A stretch of DNA of 64,000 bases, from assembly GCA_029259015.1 (NCBI GenBank), contig JAPDJQ010000030.1:2130-66129 (forward strand), given 5' to 3'. The translations under genes were made by a program, and so were the position numbers. The stretch's first letter is position 1; the number at the start of each line of letters is the position of its first letter. Shown piece by piece: positions 58,367 to 64,000 of this stretch. Source of the DNA: Thermoplasmatota archaeon. GTDB lineage: Archaea > Thermoplasmatota > E2 > UBA202 > JdFR-43. The notes beneath the pieces were generated by a model. It was not told the DNA's origin. It did not search any database and saw nothing but the letters and a program-made list of their open reading frames with translations.

Positions 58367-60169
58367 TCATTTAAATTTGGGCCTTTTACTCAGCAAAATA
58401 GGCATGGGAAGTTTTCTGAAAGGAAATCCTGCCATTTTCTCGGCTATTATTTCATTTAATTTTTGGATTGTGGTTTCGTTTTCACTGCACTCAAATCTGT
58501 ATCTCGGCTTAAAAATTCCTTCTCTTTCCTTTTCTCCATACACTATTATTATTGGAACCCATTCCTTTTCGGCCTCTCTTATTTTCTTTGATACGCTGCC
58601 ATCTCTGTCATCTATGTCAACCCTCGCATTTATCTTGCTGGCCAGTTCAATACATTCTTCTATGTACTCATCACTTACTGGAATAAGTCTTACTTGTGTG
58701 GGGGCAAGCCAGAATGGAAATGAGCCTTTTTTACCCTGCCGCATTTTCATTGCTTCCTTCTCAAGCAAAGCGCATACACATCTATCTATTCCTCCAGATA
58801 TCGAGGCATGAAGTAAATACGGATATTTTCTCTCATTGCTTTCATCAATGTAAGTTATATCAAATGATTTTGGATTTTCAACGTCTATCTGCACAGTTGA
58901 TAAAGCAAATGCTTTGCCAACAGAATCATTCATATTTATCTCAAATTTCATTACAAAGTAGAAATATCTCTTGTCCCACATTTCTATTAACACGGGCTTT
59001 CCCCATGCCTTAACAAGTTCAATGGCAAATTCCTTATTCCTTTCAAAAAATTCTCTCACAAATCTTATTGCAATTTCCCCATCGATTTCAATAATTCTGG
59101 CCCATTCCAGGGATAACAAAAATTGTTTTTTGAATTCCTCTAAAGCCTGCTTTTCGTCCCTGCATATTGTATGCATATCTGGCATTGTGAAGGCACGCAA
59201 CCTTTTTATGCCTGTAACTTCTCCATGCTGCTCCTTGCGGAAGGATTTTGCCAGTTCAAAAAGACGCAAAGGCAAATTTTTGTATGATATAATCATGTCT
59301 CTCGCCATCAAATACTGACCAAAGCAGGCAGCAAATCGCAGAAACATCTCTCTTCCCTTATCTGCTTTAACTCTGTATTGTCGGGCTGGAAATTTTTTTA
59401 TGTATTTACTCAATGCAGGATGACTCACATCATACATTATGGGCGTCTCTACTTCCATTGCACCCAAATCAAGACACATCTTCTCTACTTTCTCCTCCAA
59501 CAGGCGCTTGATCAAATATCCTTTCGGATACCATCTCATGTTGCCATAGTCTGAGCCTGGTTCATAGTCAACAAGCTCATGCTCTATCATCAATTTAATA
59601 TGAGCTGGCTCCTCCTCTGCCTTTCTGCTTCCAAAGGCTTCGTATTCATAAAATTTCTTTAGCTCTTCATGGCCAGTAAAATCAAATTTTTCTGCTTCTA
59701 TTAATTCGCCATCAGGAGTTAAAATATACCATTCTGATTTTACTTCCTCCTTTATTTCCTCCTCCTTTTTGCATTCTATCTGCCTTGACAACTCTGCCAG
59801 GGGATGCCCTTTGCAGCTTATTTTAAATGCTTTATACCATCCAAAAGGAGCTCTCTTGACATTATGTTCACTGCTTAACTCTTCTTCTATTGCTTTCAAT
59901 ATTTCAACTGCCTTTTCTGGTGATGCTAAATTACTTGATAGGTGAGCATAGGGGTAAAGCATGATGTTTTTTGTGTTGAGCATGGAGGCAACATTTTTTA
60001 TTTCCTCTACTGCCTTTTCATGCCATTCATCATCTTCCTCGACAGAAATAAATGCCACCAAAACTTCTTCCATTCTATCTTTTTTGTTTTGAATCTCTTC
60101 GGCATTTTCAATTGCCTTTTCCTTTGCCTCATATTCTATAAAATCTGCGTGGATAAAGAGAATCTTCAT
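58367..60169 (-). CDS. thrS: Threonine--tRNA ligase, archaeal type (N-terminal archaeal editing domain)
   Basis: MKILFIHADFIEYEAKEK archaeal editing domain; class II aaRS motifs; 600 aa. Confidence 0.9.
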   Translation of the reverse strand: MKILFIHADFIEYEAKEKAIENAEEIQNKKDRMEEVLVAFISVEEDDEWHEKAVEEIKNVASMLNTKNIMLYPYAHLSSNLASPEKAVEILKAIEEELSSEHNVKRAPFGWYKAFKISCKGHPLAELSRQIECKKEEEIKEEVKSEWYILTPDGELIEAEKFDFTGHEELKKFYEYEAFGSRKAEEEPAHIKLMIEHELVDYEPGSDYGNMRWYPKGYLIKRLLEEKVEKMCLDLGAMEVETPIMYDVSHPALSKYIKKFPARQYRVKADKGREMFLRFAACFGQYLMARDMIISYKNLPLRLFELAKSFRKEQHGEVTGIKRLRAFTMPDMHTICRDEKQALEEFKKQFLLSLEWARIIEIDGEIAIRFVREFFERNKEFAIELVKAWGKPVLIEMWDKRYFYFVMKFEINMNDSVGKAFALSTVQIDVENPKSFDITYIDESNERKYPYLLHASISGGIDRCVCALLEKEAMKMRQGKKGSFPFWLAPTQVRLIPVSDEYIEECIELASKINARVDIDDRDGSVSKKIREAEKEWVPIIIVYGEKEREGIFKPRYRFECSENETTIQKLNEIIAEKMAGFPFRKLPMPILLSKRPKFK

Positions 60170-60288
60170 GAGGATAAAAGAAGCAAAGATATAAAAATTT
60201 ATATGATGAGAGTAAAAATGAAAATGAAATGAATGACTCCGCTGCTTATTGCATGATATGCATTTTTAAATTTCATTTTTTCATTATG

Positions 60289-61428
60289 CTACACCCCTAT
60301 CAAAATCCTCAACAAGTCTCTCAAGCCAGGAGATAAGCCGAGGAATAAAATGAAGAATTTTATTGTGTTTTTTAAATTAATTTTCAAATCATCTATGGCG
60401 TATATTATACCAAGAACAACCAATAATTTTAGCAGTGGATAGCCAATGCCGTAAAAATTCTTCATCAGAAAATCTGGCAGTGGATGTTTCTCTCCATATC
60501 CTATGCCAAAGTTTAATGGATCTACGACAGCAAAATATGTTGTTATTGCATCTATCATATGCCCGAAAATAAGGAGGGAATTTAATTTGTCACTTAATAA
60601 CTCAAATTTATAATATCTTGCTGCAGCATAAATGGCGGCGGTAATAACAAAAGCAATAGCAGGGGCAACCAATATGCGAAAATCAAAGTGTGCATTTTTA
60701 ACGGCGTAATAAATCAGCATGGATGATGATGCAGCAAGTACGAGAAAGCCGAAAGAGAAGAGAGAGGCGATGAAATCTTTTTTCTTGAATTTTGAATAGA
60801 TGGCAAAAGAAAAAATGGAGAGCAGAGCAAATAAAACTGGATGCAAATTATATCTGCAATACTTTGTAAAAATGAAAATATAGATGAAAACATAGATTAT
60901 GTTTTTCAGCACAAGGCTATATGCAAATGTTCTGTTATCTTTAAAGCGAATGCCATAGAACACAGAAATAAAAAATAGAATGCCAATCTGAACGTAAATT
61001 ACTGGGGATATAAATAGAAATGATAATGGCTTATCAAATACTCCTGCATCTTCTAAAACCCTTGCAACTGAGCCATATAAAATGAAAGGCAATGCCGCCA
61101 GAATAAATTTCAGATTAACCTTTATATTGTATCTCTCAAAGAAAAGATAAAGGATGTAAATGAATGCTACTAAGAAAATGCCATATACTATTTCTGATAC
61201 AATGGAATATCCCTCATATGCTGTTACACCATGATATTCTACTGGTTTTCCTGTTGCATCTGCTATTACAGGCCCAACAAAATATTTCCATATGAATCTG
61301 TCATACACTATATTGGGAAATAAAATTAATGATGCAATGAAGGCGATGGCTACTATTAAAGCAACATATTTCCATTTCATTAAAAGGCAATAATATGAAA
61401 CATTTAAATTTTGCAATTTAATTGGCAT
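60289..61428 (-). CDS. DUF63-family archaeal polytopic membrane protein
   Basis: About 10 TM; GHMIDAITTYFAV...GYGEKHPL motif. Confidence 0.5.
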   Translation of the reverse strand: MPIKLQNLNVSYYCLLMKWKYVALIVAIAFIASLILFPNIVYDRFIWKYFVGPVIADATGKPVEYHGVTAYEGYSIVSEIVYGIFLVAFIYILYLFFERYNIKVNLKFILAALPFILYGSVARVLEDAGVFDKPLSFLFISPVIYVQIGILFFISVFYGIRFKDNRTFAYSLVLKNIIYVFIYIFIFTKYCRYNLHPVLFALLSIFSFAIYSKFKKKDFIASLFSFGFLVLAASSSMLIYYAVKNAHFDFRILVAPAIAFVITAAIYAAARYYKFELLSDKLNSLLIFGHMIDAITTYFAVVDPLNFGIGYGEKHPLPDFLMKNFYGIGYPLLKLLVVLGIIYAIDDLKINLKNTIKFFILFLGLSPGLRDLLRILIGV

Positions 61429-61430
61429 AG

Positions 61431-62195
61431 ATGGATGTTGAAGAATTATTAAAGAAAGTAAAGGAAGGCAGCATGAGTGTTGAAGAAGCCATAAAATTAT
61501 TGCAGCACCTTCCTTTTAAAGATATAGGATTTGCCAAAATTGATTTTCACCGCCGCTTAAGGCGAGGGATTCCAGAGGCAATATATGCTCCTGGAAAAAC
61601 AAAAGAGCAGATTAAAAAGATTGTTACGGAAATGCTGAACAAGGAAAAAATTTTTATTACAAGGGCAAGCAAGGAAATTTACAATGAGCTTAAGGACATA
61701 AAAAATTGCAGATATTACAAGGATTGCCAGCTGATTGTAATAGGAAAAAAAGAAAAGAAAAGAAAAAACGGATATATTCTGGTAGCATCAGCAGGAAGCA
61801 GTGACATAAGCATAGCGGAGGAAGCGGCAATAACCGCTGAAGAACTAGGAAACGAAGTTAAAAAAATATATGATGTTGGAGCTGCGGGCATACACAGGCT
61901 TATGAGCCACATGGATGAAATAGGAAATGCAAGCGTTGTTATAGCTGTTGCGGGAATGGATGGTATATTGCCAACTTTAATATCCAACTTTACTTCTGCT
62001 CCCATTATAGCCGTGCCTACAAGCGTTGGATATGGAACCGGAATGAATGGCTTAGCAGCCTTAATGGCAATGCTGAATAGCTGCTCGCCAGGCATAGTTG
62101 TTGTTAATATTGACAATGGATTTGGTGCTGGTATAGCAGCGCATTTGATAATGGAAAAGATAAATGAAAATAAAAGATGCAACTGCACAAACTAA
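61431..62195 (+). CDS. larB: Nickel-pincer cofactor biosynthesis protein LarB (PurE-like carboxylase/hydrolase)
   Basis: N-terminal extension plus PurE-like core (VASAGSSDISIAEEA...AGIHRL...AVAGMDGILPTLIS...IIAVPTSVGYG). Confidence 0.8.
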   Translation: MDVEELLKKVKEGSMSVEEAIKLLQHLPFKDIGFAKIDFHRRLRRGIPEAIYAPGKTKEQIKKIVTEMLNKEKIFITRASKEIYNELKDIKNCRYYKDCQLIVIGKKEKKRKNGYILVASAGSSDISIAEEAAITAEELGNEVKKIYDVGAAGIHRLMSHMDEIGNASVVIAVAGMDGILPTLISNFTSAPIIAVPTSVGYGTGMNGLAALMAMLNSCSPGIVVVNIDNGFGAGIAAHLIMEKINENKRCNCTN

Positions 62196-62234
62196 CCTTA
62201 CATATTATTATATTCCATTTTATTTATTATGTAG

Positions 62235-63371
62235 ATGATTGCATATGTTGATATAATCTCTGGCATAAGCGGAGATATGTTTCTTGCGGCCCTAATTGAT
62301 GTGGGCTTTTCTTTAAATAAATTGAAAAAAGAATTAAGTAAGCTTGAAATCGAATTTGAAATAGAGGCAAAAAAAGAAAAAGACGTGATAGAAGGCACAT
62401 CTCTTTATATCCACTCAGAAGATAAAAAAGAAAGAGGCCTTAAAGAAATTTTGAAAATAATTGATGAAAGCAGCATCGATGAGGAAGTTAAGCAAAAAGC
62501 AAAAGAAATTTTCAGAAAACTGGCAAAGATAGAGGCAAAAATTCATGGAATAGGCGTTGATAAAGTGCATTTTCATGAATTGGGAGCAGTGGATACAATC
62601 ATTGATATAGTTGGCTCATTGATTGCAATGAAAGGCTTGGGAATAAAAAAGCTATACTCTTCTCCTGTTTTACTTGGAAAGGGAAAAGTAAAATGTAGGC
62701 ATGGCATATTGCCTGTGCCTGCTCCTGCCACTTTAGAATTGCTGAAGGGAAAGCCAGTTATTTTTTCTTCCATTCCGGCTGAGCTAACAACGCCTACAGG
62801 AGCTGCTTTGCTGAGCATGGCCGAATTTTCTCATCCGGAGATGGAAGTGGCAAGGATAGGCTATGGAATGGGGAAGAAAAAGCTAGATTTTCCAAATGTT
62901 TTGAGGATAGTAATTGGCAGAGAAATTGATAAAAGTGGCATATACGTCATTGAGACAAACATAGACGACATGAATCCAGAAATTTTTCCATATGTTATAG
63001 ATAAGCTTCTGGAGGCAGGGGTTTTGGATGCTTTTGTTATGCCTGTTGTGATGAAAAAAGGAAGAACAGGCTTTCTTTTGAAAGTACTGGCAACGCATGA
63101 AAAAATGGAAGAAGTAAAGAAAATTTTATTTGAGGAGACAACAACATTTGGCATGAGATTCTGGAAGGTAAGTAGAGATAAGCTTGAAAGAAAAGTTGTG
63201 ACAGTGAAGACAAAATATGGAGAAGTTAGGGTAAAAATTGGTTATTATAATGGAAAAGTTGCAAATATCTCGCCAGAATATGAGGATTGCAGAAGAATTG
63301 CTATGGGAAAAGGAGTGGCGATAAAAGAAGTTTATGAAGAGGCAAGAAAAAAAGCATCATCACTTATTTAA
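62235..63371 (+). CDS. larC: Nickel insertion protein LarC (DUF111)
   Basis: MIAYVDIISGISGDMFLAALIDVG N-terminus; 378 aa two-domain LarC architecture. Confidence 0.8.
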   Translation: MIAYVDIISGISGDMFLAALIDVGFSLNKLKKELSKLEIEFEIEAKKEKDVIEGTSLYIHSEDKKERGLKEILKIIDESSIDEEVKQKAKEIFRKLAKIEAKIHGIGVDKVHFHELGAVDTIIDIVGSLIAMKGLGIKKLYSSPVLLGKGKVKCRHGILPVPAPATLELLKGKPVIFSSIPAELTTPTGAALLSMAEFSHPEMEVARIGYGMGKKKLDFPNVLRIVIGREIDKSGIYVIETNIDDMNPEIFPYVIDKLLEAGVLDAFVMPVVMKKGRTGFLLKVLATHEKMEEVKKILFEETTTFGMRFWKVSRDKLERKVVTVKTKYGEVRVKIGYYNGKVANISPEYEDCRRIAMGKGVAIKEVYEEARKKASSLI

Positions 63372-63419
63372 ACTTCTTTTGTTGTAGTAAATGTGTTGCA
63401 TACAAAGATAAAGCAGGTA

Positions 63420-64000
63420 ATGCAGCAACTTGGCATCGATGAGCTTACTTTACCCCAGATTAAGGCAATTCCAGAAATACTGAAAGGTAAAAATTGCTTA
63501 GTTATCGCTCCAACAGGCCTAGGAAAAACAGAAGCTGCCTTGCTGCCAATCTTTCACATGTTTCTGGATAGAAAAGAAAAATATGATATGAAAGGCATCA
63601 GCATCATCTATATTACCCCGCTGAGGGCTTTAAATCGTGATATGTTGCGTCGCACCTTTTACTGGGGAAAAGAACTGGGAATAAAAATTGCTGTTCGTCA
63701 TGGTGATACGCCTGAAAAAGAGAGAAGGAGGCAGGCGATAAAGCCGCCAGATATGCTAATTACAACCCCAGAAACGCTGCAAATCTTATTCACAGGAAAA
63801 AGGTTGAGGCAATCATTGAAAAATGTAAAATGGGTTGTTGTGGATGAAGTTCATGAGCTGGCAGAGGATGAAAGAGGCGCCCAGCTTGCCGTTGCATTGG
63901 AAAGGCTTTATGAGCTGGCTGGAGATTTTCAAAGAATAGGGTTATCAGCCACAGTTGGAAATCCGGAAGAGATAGCAAGATTTTTGGGCGGACAGAGAGA
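63420..64000 (+). CDS. ATP-dependent DEAD/DEAH-box helicase (Lhr-like), 5' partial, continues beyond window
   Basis: Q-motif region, Walker [24 protein letters not shown] (motif II), SAT. Possible upstream GTG start at 63393. Confidence 0.7.
   Translation, partial: MQQLGIDELTLPQIKAIPEILKGKNCLVIAPTGLGKTEAALLPIFHMFLDRKEKYDMKGISIIYITPLRALNRDMLRRTFYWGKELGIKIAVRHGDTPEKERRRQAIKPPDMLITTPETLQILFTGKRLRQSLKNVKWVVVDEVHELAEDERGAQLAVALERLYELAGDFQRIGLSATVGNPEEIARFLGGQR

Overview
AT-rich archaeal chromosomal segment. Archaeal hallmarks: intron-containing tRNAs, RFC large subunit, archaeal-type ThrRS, a PGF-CTERM sorting signal, Hdr/Mvh-type redox proteins. Housekeeping genes include thiL, purB, ligA, rfcL, acs, gpmI, pyrH, eno, thrS and larBC. 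The accessory content is larger and is the more interesting part. (1) An approximately 8.4 kb six-gene minus-strand operon for a putative flavin-based electron-bifurcating Hdr/Mvh/Nfn-like complex: an NfnA-like subunit, a ferredoxin, an HdrCB fusion, two different HdrA-like paralogs and a 1013-aa MvhD-NfnB/GltD-ferredoxin fusion. A thioredoxin-reductase-like FNR lacking CxxC sits next to it. (2) An approximately 9.6 kb island of secreted proteins directly downstream of an intron-containing initiator-like tRNA-Met: a C1 papain-like peptidase, an 897-aa parallel beta-helix protein, two recently duplicated Ca-binding (DxDxDG) metzincin-like paralogs, one with an intact HExxHxxGxxH motif and one with a degenerate one, and an 855-aa PGF-CTERM-anchored protein with an HExxH...DESY zincin motif. 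A C25 gingipain-like peptidase lies elsewhere in the window. (3) An intact IS6-family insertion sequence (712 bp, 14-bp terminal inverted repeats, 10-bp target duplication TCAAAAGAAA) between an FrhB-like gene and the FNR gene. (4) A bifunctional MGMT-like/endonuclease V fusion, with Tyr replacing His in the PCHR motif. (5) A tRNA-Leu(UAG) with an apparent 19-nt non-canonical insertion in the T-loop. (6) A frameshifted HD-domain hydrolase, three tandem paralogous small membrane proteins followed by a two-HTH regulator, a membrane-domain/Taw3 (TYW3) fusion, a NAD-dependent LigA in an archaeal context, and a radical-SAM gene embedded in an Fe/B12-type ABC transporter operon. No CRISPR array, integrase or rRNA was seen.
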